Source: an uncultured Planctomycetota bacterium (GTDB lineage Bacteria > Planctomycetota > PLA2 > JAEUHO01). From it: a stretch of DNA of 64,000 bases. The notes beneath the pieces were generated by a model. That model saw only the letters and a program-made list of their open reading frames with translations, was not told the DNA's origin and ran no database searches. Location: NCBI GenBank assembly GCA_963752285.1, contig CAVVXN010000004.1, forward strand, positions 1-64,000, read 5' to 3'. The position numbers were made by a program, and so were the translations under genes. Shown one piece after another: positions 38,953-48,709 of this stretch (the stretch's first letter is position 1; the number at the start of each line of letters is the position of its first letter).

Positions 38953-40757
38953 GCGCCGTGCCGAATCCCCGCGTCGGCGTTCCCAGACTCGTGCGTACCC
39001 GAATTCGCCTCGGCCTCCTCGTCGTCACCGGACTGCTCCTCGTTTCCGTGGACCTGTGGGCCGGGGACGAGCCCCCTTCGCCCGCGTCGCGGGTCTACGA
39101 CGTGGGCGCGCTCCTCGAGAGCCGGCCGGAAGGCGTGACGGGGCCGCTCGGGATCTTCCCGCGGGGCCAGGCGGCCGTGGAGCTGATCGACGAGGCGACG
39201 GGGACCGGGCTCTCGAACGGGGCCGTGCCGCCCGTCCCCTTCCTCGACGCGGCGACGCTCACCGAGCTCGTGCACACCTTCGTGACCGACCACGAGGGCT
39301 CGGCCTCGCTCGACGGGAGGTGGCTCCACGTCGAGGGACCGCCAGAGGTCCAGGCGCGCGCCGGGGCGTTCCTCGCCGGGCTCTGGCGTCTGGCGTCGCG
39401 GCGGGTGGACGTCGAAGCGGAGCTCCTCCGCGTGCCCGCGGAGGCGGTCGCGAAGCTCGACCCTGCGCTCCTCGCCGCCGTGCTCCGGGGGCGGCTCGAT
39501 CCCGACGAGGCGGCGGCGCTCCGCCGCGCCGCGAGCGCGCCGCGCCGCGGCACCGCCCGCGTGGCGCCGGGTCGCGTCGCGGTGGTCGGCGAGGTGGAAC
39601 GCGTCCGGTACGTCGCGGACTACAGCGTGGAGATCGCGCAGGCGTCGATCGTCGGGGACCCGGACGTCGAGGACCTCGATACCGGGTGGCGCGTCGAGGC
39701 GCGACCGCTTCCGCTCCTCGACGGGCGCGTGCTCTTGGAGGCCCACGTCGAGGCCGCGTCCCGCGACGGCCCGATGCGACGACTCGACCTCGGGGTCGCG
39801 CCCTTCGGAACGCTCGACATGCCGTCCTGCCGCGTCCTCCGCGCGTCGTGCCGCACGGTCACGGACGGCGTCGCGAGCCGCGTCCTCGCGCTCCGCGAGG
39901 CGTCCGGCGACCTGGTCGCGTTCCTCCTCCGCGCGACGCCGACGCCCGCCCCCGCCCCGACGACCGCGGGGTCCGCGCTGCCGTTCGATCGTCTGGACCT
40001 CCTCGCGCTCACGAGCGACCCGCGCGCGCTCGTCTTCGTGACCGTGCCCGACGACGGCTTCGCGCCGCGCCTCCTCTTGCGTGCGCCGGACCTCCTCGCG
40101 CCCGCGTCGGCGGACGGCCTCGCGTCGCGCCTCGAGGCGGCCGCGCCGGAGGCGTTCTCGGACGACGAGAGCGGCGTCGAGGCGCTGGGCGACGCCGTCT
40201 ACGTGCGCGGGAGCCCGGCGGCCCGCGCCGCGGCGCGCGCGCGCGCCCAGGAGCTCGAGGGGCGGGCGACGGGCGGCGCGCGGGTGACGCTCCGCCTCCG
40301 CGCCCGGAGCGCCGACGGCGCGCCCACGCTCCTCGCGGAGGCGGGCGCCGACCTCGCCGACGGGATCCCCGCGTCCCTCGTCCTCGGCCGCGAGCGCGCG
40401 TACCTCGCGGACTGGGACGTGGAGGTGGCGCAGGAGGCCCGGGTGGGCGACCCGATCGTGAAGACTCTCTTCGACGGCCTCGAGGTGGGCCTTCGCGCGA
40501 CCGCGACGCCGATCGAGGGAACGCACGCGCTGTCGCTCGAGCTGCGTTTCGTCACGGCATCGGACGCGCTCGCGGCCCGACCGACGGAGAACGAGTGCAC
40601 GGGCGACGTCGAGGTCCCCGACGCGCGGGAGGCGTTCGTCAGCGACGACCTCGTCCTGGAAGCGGGCCGGCCGACCGTGCGCGACGTAGGCACCCTCGCC
40701 GATGGCCGGCGACTGGAGCTCGAGATCGCGGTCACGCCGGAGCCGGAAGCACGTTGA
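38949..40757 (+). CDS. Secreted secretin-like protein with two internal repeats
   Basis: Signal peptide and RVYDV..L; two copies of YxADxxVExAQ....GDP.V..L..G; GTGA-coupled to the sulfotransferase. Confidence 0.65.
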   Translation: MSAVPNPRVGVPRLVRTRIRLGLLVVTGLLLVSVDLWAGDEPPSPASRVYDVGALLESRPEGVTGPLGIFPRGQAAVELIDEATGTGLSNGAVPPVPFLDAATLTELVHTFVTDHEGSASLDGRWLHVEGPPEVQARAGAFLAGLWRLASRRVDVEAELLRVPAEAVAKLDPALLAAVLRGRLDPDEAAALRRAASAPRRGTARVAPGRVAVVGEVERVRYVADYSVEIAQASIVGDPDVEDLDTGWRVEARPLPLLDGRVLLEAHVEAASRDGPMRRLDLGVAPFGTLDMPSCRVLRASCRTVTDGVASRVLALREASGDLVAFLLRATPTPAPAPTTAGSALPFDRLDLLALTSDPRALVFVTVPDDGFAPRLLLRAPDLLAPASADGLASRLEAAAPEAFSDDESGVEALGDAVYVRGSPAARAAARARAQELEGRATGGARVTLRLRARSADGAPTLLAEAGADLADGIPASLVLGRERAYLADWDVEVAQEARVGDPIVKTLFDGLEVGLRATATPIEGTHALSLELRFVTASDALAARPTENECTGDVEVPDAREAFVSDDLVLEAGRPTVRDVGTLADGRRLELEIAVTPEPEAR

Positions 40758-42316
40758 CGCGCGGGCGCGCGATGGCGGGGATCTTCCTCCTCGGGGCGGG
40801 CTTCGCCCTCGGGCCGCGGACCCTGCGTGCCGACGACGCGCCCGACCTGGCCCCGTGGCGCACGCTCGCGAGCGAGCCGCTCGACGTGGACCTCGACGCC
40901 GGGGACCTCGCGGAACGGACGAGCCTCGGCTACGCGGAGGCGTTCGCCCCGCCCGACCCCCTCCGGGACCCGGACGGGAGCCGCGCGGCGTGGGCACGTC
41001 CCTTCGCGACCGCCGTCGAGGCCTGGATCGAGGACCGGGTCCCCGCGGTGGACGACGCGGCGCGCCGGCGTCTGGCAGCCGACCTCCTGACCCGGATCGA
41101 CGTGGACGTGGAGGTCGAGGGCGCCGGCGTCCGCTGGCGGGGGACCGCGTCGGCGGCGCCGGGCCACGGGGTGGCCCTCGCGACCACCACGCGGCGGGCC
41201 TTCGTGACCGACGTCGACCCGGAGCTCGCGTGCGACAACTCCGGCGGGTTCGCCCCGTCCGCGCTGGGGAATCCCGTGGTGCGTCCGCTCGAGGACGGTG
41301 TGCGGGTCTTCGTGTGCCCGCACCTCGTCGCGGGCGGCCGGGTCCTCTTGGAGGCCGTCGTGGCGGCCGGCCGCTTCGAGCGACCCGTCCCCGCCGTCCC
41401 GACGGAGGCGCGCTTCCTCGGCACGCTCGACCTCGCGCGTTACGAGGGCGCGCTCGCGCGGATGTCCGGGACCGTCGGTCCCCGCGAGGCGCTCGAGACG
41501 AGCTTCTCCGCGGGGGCGCGGCGCCTCGCCGTCCACGTGACGGCCCGCGTCCGCGCGCCGGATCCCGGTGTTCCCGACGGTCCGCTCCGCGCGCTCGACG
41601 CGAGCGCGCTGGCCGCCTCCCCCATGGACGCGGTCCTCCTCCCCGCGACCCGGGGAGGGCTCACGCCGCGGCCGGGGACGGTCTCGTGGGAGCCGACGCC
41701 GCCGGCATGGCCGCCGGAGCGGCTGCTCGCCGCGCTTCGGCGCGCGCTCCCGGACGCGGACCTGGAGGTCTCGGCGCGCGGCCGCGTGTTCGTCGCGGGC
41801 GACGAGGCGACGATCGGGCGCGCGCGCGCCGCGCTCGCGGCGTGGGAGTCCCCGATCCTCCGAGGCGCCACGGTGCGCCTCGCGCTGCGCGCGGGAGACG
41901 ACGTCGTGGGCCGGGGCACGCTCGCGGCGCGCTCGGGCGACGTGGCGGTTCTCCGTCTGGGCGCCGATCGCGCGGCGATCGTGGACAGCGACCCCGAGGT
42001 GGGGTGAAGCATCCATATCGCGGACCCCCGGGTCGGGGTCCTCTTCGACGGCTGGCGGATCGTCGCGCGTCCCGAGGTCGGGCCGGACGCGCGCACGGTC
42101 CGCCTCGGGCTCGACGTCGAGCGACGCGCGATCCGGGCGGTGGAGACGCGGCGCGGGAACGGCGCGGCGCACGGCGTCCTCCACCTCCCGGACGAACGAG
42201 TCCTCTCCCGGCGCGCGGACGCGGTGCTCGCCCGAGACGACGTCCTCTCGTTGGAGCTCGGTTCGGACGAGGAGGGGCGTCCCCTCCGTCTCGAGGTCCG
42301 CGCGGGAGTCCGCTGA
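40754..42316 (+). CDS. Second secretin-like paralogue with in-frame UGA (putative selenocysteine) at 42005-42007
   Basis: Homology to the upstream paralogue continues in frame for 102 aa after the TGA (DSDPEVG-U-SIHIADPRVGVLFDGWRIVARP...LRLEVRAGVR*); SECIS-like hairpin at 42022-42041. Confidence 0.7.
42022..42041 (+). promoter_or_regulatory. Putative bacterial SECIS element
   Basis: GGACCCC-CGGGTC-GGGGTCC, a 7-bp stem starting 14 nt after the TGA. Confidence 0.65.
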
Positions 42317-42420
42317 GCCCGAGCGGCGTCGCGCGGCGCGTCCGTTCGCCTCGCCTCGCGCCGGCCCGTGGCACCGGCGCCGCGAGGTACCATCCCCCGA
42401 CCTCGCGAGGTGACGAGCGG

Positions 42421-43341
42421 ATGGCCGACCCCGAACGACCCAGCCCGGAGGACGAGCCGTGGGATCCCACGCGCACGGTCCGCATGCGGCCGGAGCGCCC
42501 GAGCGCGCCTCGTCGGGCCCGCGGCTCGCTGATCGTGATCCACGGCGGGGGACACGACCTCGGGCTCCACGCCGTGGTCGAGAGCGAGCTCGTCGTGGGG
42601 CGCGCGCCCGAGGCGGGCCTCCGGCTCCAGGACCTCGGCGTCTCGTGGCGCCACCTCCGGGTGCGGCGCGGCGCGGGCGAGGGCTACCTCGTCGAGGATC
42701 TCGGCTCCACGAACGGGACGCGGCTCGGCGACGACGACCTCCACGAGGCGCGCCCGCTCGCCGACGGGGACAAGATCTTCGTGGGGCAGACCGTCCTCCG
42801 GTTCGACCTGGCCGACGACCTGGACCTCGGCTACCAGACCGAGGTGGCGGAGATCGTGGGGACGGACCCGCTGACCGGGCTCGAGTCGAAACGCCGCTTC
42901 GACGACGCCCTCGCGAACGCGACCGACCTCGCGCGCCGCTCGAAGCACGACGTCGCCGTCCTGATGATGGACATGGACGGCGTGAAGCGGATCAACGACA
43001 CCCACGGCCACTTCTTTGGAGCGCACGCGATCGGCGAGACCGGACGACTGATCGCCGGGGTGCTCGGCGCCGCGGGACAGGCGTGCCGGTTCGGCGGCGA
43101 CGAGTTCTGCGCCTTCCTGGCGCCGTCCGACCTCCCGTCCGCCTGCGCCGTGGCGGAGCAGATCCGCACGACCCTGGAGGCGGCGGTGATCCAGAAGGAG
43201 GGGATCCGCCTCGCGCCGACGATCAGCATCGGCGTCGCCGCCGGGCCGACGGGGAACGAGGGCCCGGAGGACCTCGTCGCGCGCGCCGACGCCGCGCTGT
43301 ACCGCGCGAAGCGCGCCGGGAAGAACCGCGTCTCGGTCTGA
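42421..43341 (+). CDS. FHA-GGDEF diguanylate cyclase
   Basis: FHA motifs VGR, VSWRH and DLGSTNGT; DPLTGL, RFGGDEF, SIGVA and ADAALYRAK..GKNR. Confidence 0.95.
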   Translation: MADPERPSPEDEPWDPTRTVRMRPERPSAPRRARGSLIVIHGGGHDLGLHAVVESELVVGRAPEAGLRLQDLGVSWRHLRVRRGAGEGYLVEDLGSTNGTRLGDDDLHEARPLADGDKIFVGQTVLRFDLADDLDLGYQTEVAEIVGTDPLTGLESKRRFDDALANATDLARRSKHDVAVLMMDMDGVKRINDTHGHFFGAHAIGETGRLIAGVLGAAGQACRFGGDEFCAFLAPSDLPSACAVAEQIRTTLEAAVIQKEGIRLAPTISIGVAAGPTGNEGPEDLVARADAALYRAKRAGKNRVSV

Positions 43342-43355
43342 CGACGCGCTCCCCG

Positions 43356-44048
43356 TCACTCCTTCTTGATGTCGGCGGCGAGCTCCTGCAGCCGCTGGCG
43401 CGCGCCGAGGAGCAGCATCGTGTCGCCCGCGGCGAACCGCGTGTCCGGCGGGGGCGCGACGAGCACGTCCTTCGGCTCGCCCTGGCCGGTGCTCCGCTTG
43501 ATCGCGATCACGTAGATGCCGTAGCGCGCGCGGATCTGGAGCTCGGTGAGCGTGCGACCCAGGTACTCGTCGGGCGCGGGGAGCTCCACGATCGCCTCGC
43601 TCGGCCCGAGCAGGATCTGCTCCACCAGGTCGGGCGTGAGCAGGCGCTGCACCGTACGGTCGGCCGTGTCGCTCTCGGGGAAGACCACCAGATCGACGCC
43701 GATCAGCTTGAGCGCCTCGGCCTTCTCGTCGGTGTCCACCTGCGCGACGATCCGCTTCACCTTCGTCTTGAGCCGGACGTGGTAGGCGAGGAGGACGGCG
43801 GCGTCGAACGCGCTCCGGAACGCGATGACGACCGTGTCCACGTCGAAGGCGCCGACGTGCTGCATCACGTCGAGGTCCGTGGCGTCGGCCTGGATGGCCT
43901 TCGTCACGCGCTGCGAGATCTTCTGGATGAGGCGCTCGTCCTTGTCCACCGCGACCACGCGCGCGCCGCGTTCGAACAGGCCCACGGCGGTGCGGAAGCC
44001 GAACTTGGAGAGCCCGAGGATCGCGAAGGTCTCGTGGGTCGTGGGCAT
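43356..44048 (-). CDS. ktrA: KtrA/TrkA potassium uptake regulatory subunit
   Basis: ILGLSKFG Rossmann RCK_N domain plus RCK_C domain. Confidence 0.9.
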   Translation of the reverse strand: MPTTHETFAILGLSKFGFRTAVGLFERGARVVAVDKDERLIQKISQRVTKAIQADATDLDVMQHVGAFDVDTVVIAFRSAFDAAVLLAYHVRLKTKVKRIVAQVDTDEKAEALKLIGVDLVVFPESDTADRTVQRLLTPDLVEQILLGPSEAIVELPAPDEYLGRTLTELQIRARYGIYVIAIKRSTGQGEPKDVLVAPPPDTRFAAGDTMLLLGARQRLQELAADIKKE

Positions 44049-44061
44049 GCGCTACCTCCCT

Positions 44062-45411
44062 CTACCCGACCATGACGTCGCCCTCGGGATGAGCGTACGC
44101 CAGACGCCGGCGCTCGCCGATGACCGACGCGGCGAGCACCAGCGGCCCGACCCTCCCGATGAACATGCAGGCCATGATGATCTCGAGGCCACGGTCCGAG
44201 AGGGTCGTCGTGACGCCCGTGGAGAGCCCGACGGTGCTGAGGGCGCTGACCACCTCGAAGAGGTGCTCCAGGAAGAGCCCCCGCGCGAGGTCGTGTGGGA
44301 CGTCGCCGAACTCCGTCGCCTGGAGGGAGAGCAACGCCAGGATCACCACGATCCCGTAGATCATGAAGATGGCCATGGCCTTCGCCGCGACGGCGCGCGG
44401 GACGCTCCGGCCCAGCATCTCCGTGTCGGGCCGGTTCAGGACGTGGCTCCACACGCGGGCCGAGATGATCGCGATGGTGCTCGTCTTGATGCCGCCGCCG
44501 GTCGAGCCCGGCGAGGCGCCGACCGCCATCAACAGCACGAGCACGAGCAGGCTCATGTTCGTGAGGTGCCCCGTGTCCACCGTGTTGAAGCCGGCGGTGC
44601 GCGCCGTGACCGAGAGGAAGAGCGAGTCAACGACGCTCGCCCCCTGCCCCCCGGGCTCGAGCTGGCTCGTAGACTCGAAGACGTAGAAGAGGACGGCGCC
44701 CGCCACGATCAACACGATGCTCGTGACGAGGACGACCCGCGTGTGGAAGTGGAGGCGATGCCGCTGGCGGCGCACGCGCCGGCCGAACCAGTGGACGACG
44801 TCCGCGGCCGCCACGAAGCCGATGCCGCCCGCGAAGATCAGGGCCATGATCACGACGTTCACCACGGTGTCGCCGCGGTACGCGGACAGGCTCGTGGAGA
44901 AGAGCGAGAAGCCCGCGTTGCAGAACGCCGAGACCGCGTGGAAGACGGCCTGCCAGAGCGCGGTCCCGAAGGGCGCCTTGCCCATGAAGCGCACCAGGAG
45001 CAGGGCGGCGCCGAGGGCCTCCGTCACGAACGTGAACACCACGATGTGGCCCAGGAGCTCGGTCGGCGTCACGCGCGGGAGGCCGCCGTACGTCTCCCGG
45101 GTCAGGACCGCGCCGCCGAGGTCGAGCCGGCGGCGGAGCGTCAGCATCACCCAGTTCGAGAGGGTGAGGACGCCGAGGCCGCCGACCTGGAGCAGGATCA
45201 GCACGAGGAGCTGTCCGGTGAAGGGCATTTCCTTCTGCAGGTCCACGACCGTGAGGCCCGTGACGCACACCGCCGAGGTGGAGGTGAAGGCGGCGTGCAG
45301 GAAGCCGTGCCCGGAACCGGGGGCGAAGCCGAAGAGGTCGAGCGCGACCGTCCCGACCGTGATCAGGCCGAGGAAGGTCAGCACCGTGAGGAGCGCGGGG
45401 CGGTTTCGCAT
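44062..45411 (-). CDS. ktrB: KtrB/TrkH potassium uptake membrane subunit
   Basis: SAVCVTGL, SAFCNAGF, RTAGFN, STGGGIK, STVGLS and MFIGRVG motifs. Confidence 0.95.
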   Translation of the reverse strand: MRNRPALLTVLTFLGLITVGTVALDLFGFAPGSGHGFLHAAFTSTSAVCVTGLTVVDLQKEMPFTGQLLVLILLQVGGLGVLTLSNWVMLTLRRRLDLGGAVLTRETYGGLPRVTPTELLGHIVVFTFVTEALGAALLLVRFMGKAPFGTALWQAVFHAVSAFCNAGFSLFSTSLSAYRGDTVVNVVIMALIFAGGIGFVAAADVVHWFGRRVRRQRHRLHFHTRVVLVTSIVLIVAGAVLFYVFESTSQLEPGGQGASVVDSLFLSVTARTAGFNTVDTGHLTNMSLLVLVLLMAVGASPGSTGGGIKTSTIAIISARVWSHVLNRPDTEMLGRSVPRAVAAKAMAIFMIYGIVVILALLSLQATEFGDVPHDLARGLFLEHLFEVVSALSTVGLSTGVTTTLSDRGLEIIMACMFIGRVGPLVLAASVIGERRRLAYAHPEGDVMVG

Positions 45412-45670
45412 CGCGTCCCTGGCTACGCCGACCACGCGCCGCGGCGCGCCGGGCCTCCTCGGGGCCGCGCGATCGGGAAGCGAACGAGCGGGGACACGCC
45501 GGGCGCGCGCATGACGGCCGGACGATACCGCGTCCGGGCCCGAAAGGCCCGCATTTCGACGTGGCGCGGTCGGCGCGTGCCGCGCCGCGGCGCGCACCGG
45601 TCGGAAGATCGCCCGCTCCGCGGCCCCGAAGCCTCGCGTCCGCGGGTACGATCCGCCCGCCGGAGGTCCC

Positions 45671-45907
45671 ATGAAGATCCGCATCGAGTACTGCGCCGTC
45701 TGAGGCTACGAGCCGAAGGCCGTCGGTCTGACGGCCGTGCTCCTCGAGAACTTGAAGCAGCGGGTCGCGTCGCTGGAGCTGGTCCCCTCCGGTGGAGGGT
45801 GTTTCGAGGTCACGGTGGACGGCGAGCGGATCTGGTCGAAGCTCGAGACGGGCGAGTTTCCCGAGGAGAACGCGATCCTCGACGACGTGGCCGCGCGGGC
45901 CCGATGA
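45671..45907 (+). CDS. Rdx (SelT/SelW/SelH-like) selenoprotein, CxxU
   Basis: GGAGG RBS; MKIRIEYCAV-U(TGA 45701)-GYEPKAVGL...LVPSGGGCFEVTVDGERIWSKLETGEFPEE. Absent from the ORF track. Confidence 0.93.
45718..45736 (+). promoter_or_regulatory. SECIS element of the Rdx gene
   Basis: GGCCGTC-GGTCT-GACGGCC, 14 nt after the TGA. Confidence 0.8.
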
Positions 45908-46296
45908 CCACGCGGGCCCCGGCCGTCGTCCCCGGACCGACCACCTCGACCGTGCCCTGGGGGCGCGTGGGGCTCGTGCTCGGGGTGATCGCGTTGGCCC
46001 ACCTGGGGCTCTACCTCCTCCTGACGGCCTCGCCGCGGAAGGAGGCCGCCGTCCTCGAGACGCGGTACGGCCGCGCGGCGCTCGTCGCCGCGACCGCGCC
46101 CGGGGACCGGCCGTCCGACCCCTCGGCGTTCTCCCGCTGGCTCCGCGACCAGGACCTGTGGGAGGCGCGAGGCGTCTGGTCGGACCGGCGGCACCTGGCG
46201 GCGGTTCTCGGCTACGCGCTCCTCGCGTCGTTCCTGCTCCAGGTGGGGATCACGGGGTGGCTGCTGGCGCGCGCGCCGCGCCGGCCGGTGCGGTGA
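45904..46296 (+). CDS. Hypothetical membrane protein (2 TM)
   Basis: ATGA overlap with the Rdx stop; two hydrophobic segments. Confidence 0.7.
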   Translation: MTTRAPAVVPGPTTSTVPWGRVGLVLGVIALAHLGLYLLLTASPRKEAAVLETRYGRAALVAATAPGDRPSDPSAFSRWLRDQDLWEARGVWSDRRHLAAVLGYALLASFLLQVGITGWLLARAPRRPVR

Positions 46297-46339
46297 GTGC
46301 GGACCGCGCGCTTCGGCGCGCTGCTTCGGGGGGCTGGTC

Positions 46340-47266
46340 GTGAGCACGAAGCCGTCTCCGTCCGACGTCGCCGAGGTCCATCGCCTCGGTCCCGAGGGCG
46401 CGCGGGACGGAGCGCCGCCGCACCTCCTCCTCGAGGTGCCGCACGGGGCGACGCGCGGCGCCGACTTCGCCGCGGTTCGCCGCCGGCTCGCCGGGGCGTT
46501 CGCCGACGACCTCCTCGACTACTTCTTCGTGAACACGGACGCGGGGGCGCCGGAGCTCGCGGCGGCGATCGCGCGGCACGTGCGCGCCGACAGGCCCGAC
46601 GCGCGGGTCGAGCTGATCCGATGCCTCGTCCCGCGGACCTTCGTGGACTGCAATCGCGTGATCGACGCGGCCACCGTGCCGAGCTCGTCCACGGCGGGCG
46701 ACGTGACGCCGGGCATCGCCAGCTACGTGAAGGAGCCCGGCGACGTCGCGTACCTCTTCGCCTGCTACGAGGCGTATCGGACGCTCACCACCGCGGCGTA
46801 CGAACGCTGCATCGACGCGGGCGGTCTCGCCTGGATGGTGCACAGCTATGCGCCGCGGACGGTCGAGTTGGACGTGGACGAGCGCATCGTCGAGCGCCTC
46901 CACGAGGCGTACCGGCCCGAGCGGATCACGCGCTTTCGGCTGCGCCCGGAGGTGGACCTGATCTCTCGCGACCCCGAGGGCGTGACGCTCGCCGACGAGG
47001 GGCTCGTGGCGGCGGTCTCGGAGGCGCTCGGGCGCGCCGGGTACGACCACGCCCAGTGCGCGACGTACGAGCTCCACCCCCTCACGCAGGGACACCGCTT
47101 CGCGAGCCGCTGGCCGGGCCGGACGCTCTGCCTCGAGGCCCGGCGCGACCTCCTCGCCGGGGCGTTCGTTCCGTTTTGCGAGCAGGTGAACGACCCCGTC
47201 GCCACCGACCGCCTCGCCGGCGTGCTCGCGGAGGCGCTCGGGCCCCGGCTTCCGTCGTTTCCCTGA
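46340..47266 (+). CDS. N-formylglutamate amidohydrolase-like protein
   Basis: LLLEVPHG, NTD.G, PRTFVDCNR, VHSY and CLEAR motifs. Confidence 0.7.
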   Translation: MSTKPSPSDVAEVHRLGPEGARDGAPPHLLLEVPHGATRGADFAAVRRRLAGAFADDLLDYFFVNTDAGAPELAAAIARHVRADRPDARVELIRCLVPRTFVDCNRVIDAATVPSSSTAGDVTPGIASYVKEPGDVAYLFACYEAYRTLTTAAYERCIDAGGLAWMVHSYAPRTVELDVDERIVERLHEAYRPERITRFRLRPEVDLISRDPEGVTLADEGLVAAVSEALGRAGYDHAQCATYELHPLTQGHRFASRWPGRTLCLEARRDLLAGAFVPFCEQVNDPVATDRLAGVLAEALGPRLPSFP

Positions 47267-47451
47267 CGCCGCGGGCCGCGGCCCGCGCGGAGGGGGCGAG
47301 ACGGACGACCCGGACCCGAACGGGGTCGCGCCGTTGGGAGACGCGCGCGTCCCGTGGGGGTACGGTCATGACCCGACAGAGGTGCCGGCGTGTCCGACCC
47401 CGGGGGGTCTTCCGGGGGGCCCGGAGACCCGGCGGCAGAGGACGGTAGCCC

Positions 47452-47763
47452 GTGTCCCAGAACAGGCTCTACGTGGGGAATCTCCCCTTTTCTTGCACCG
47501 AGGCTGAGCTGGAGGAGGCGTTCGCCGCCCACGGCTCCGTGCGCGCGGTCAACATCGTCACCGATCGAGAGACGGGCCGCCCCCGCGGCTTCGCCTTCGT
47601 CGAGATGGCGACCGACGCCGAGGCCGAGGCCGCGATCCAGGCCCTCGACGGCCAGGATTTCGGCGGGCGGAACCTCAAGGTGAACGTCGCCCGGCCCCGC
47701 GAGGGCGGTGGCGGCGGCCGCGGGGGCGGCGGCGGCTACGGCGGCCGACGCGACCGCTGGTAG
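47452..47763 (+). CDS. RRM RNA-binding protein with Gly-rich tail
   Basis: RNP2 LYVGNL and RNP1 RGFAFVEM. Confidence 0.96.
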   Translation: MSQNRLYVGNLPFSCTEAELEEAFAAHGSVRAVNIVTDRETGRPRGFAFVEMATDAEAEAAIQALDGQDFGGRNLKVNVARPREGGGGGRGGGGGYGGRRDRW

Positions 47764-47972
47764 GGCGTACCCCCCGGGCCACGACGCGCCCGCCGCTCGG
47801 CGTTCCGGGCGCGTCCCCCGAGGCGCCGGTTCCCGGTCCCGCGTTGCGGGGGCGCCGGGGCGGACGGCGGTACGCGAACCGGCGTACGCGCGCGGCGGCG
47901 GGCGGCGTTGCCCGCCGCCCGGGCCCCGTGTCGAATGAGCCGCGCCGCCTTGGCCCGGAGCCCGAGCTCACC

Positions 47973-48533
47973 GTGACCCGTTCGATCGCTTTCGCCCTCG
48001 TGGTCGGCTTCGCCCTCGCCGCGTGCGGGGGCGGAGGTGGAGGCGGGAGCGGAGGAGGCGGGCTCCCGACCGAGGTCGTCGCGGACTTCCACCTCCCGGA
48101 CGTCAACCCGAACAGCGCGACTTTCGGCGGGGAGGTATCGCCGCGCGATCACCTCGGGCGCGTGTCGGCCTGGTACTTCGGGCACGCGACCTGAAGCTAC
48201 TGTTCGAGCCAGTTCGGCTACCTGGACCAGATGGCGCAGGAGCTCGCGGCGGAGACGCCGCCGGCCCGCGTGGACCTTCTCGGCGTGAACGCGGTCGGGG
48301 AGGAGAGCGGGAACGCCTCGATCACCGACGGGCGGTCCATCCCCTGGCTCCAGGACGCGTCGTCGGAGAACGTGTGGACGTCGTGGGACGTCACGTACCG
48401 CGACGTCGTGATCCTCGGCGGCGCGAATCGACGGAACACGGTCTACAACCTGACCGAGCACGACCTCTCCGACCCCGCGAGCTACGCCGAGCTGAAGGCG
48501 CTCCTCCACGCCGCGGCCGCGGCGCTCCCCTGA
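47973..48533 (+). CDS. Thioredoxin-fold (AhpC/TSA/redoxin-like) lipoprotein selenoprotein, UxxC
   Basis: Lipobox LAA-C; DFHLPDVN..VSP......WYFGHAT-U(TGA 48192)-SYC. The two ORF-track pieces (47844-48194 and 48231-48533) are in the same frame. Confidence 0.88.
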
Positions 48534-48709
48534 CGGTCGGCCGCGCAGGCCCCGGGTCTTTCGGCCCGGCGGTCGGGAGCGCGTCGGGTGTCCGCCCGGC
48601 GCACCGCGGTAGGGTCCCGCGGACCGGCGCCGATCCCCCCCGATCGGCTCCTTCGGCCGCGGACGGGCGCCTGGCCCCGCGGCCACCTGTCGGGGAGGGA
48701 GGGTGGCCG

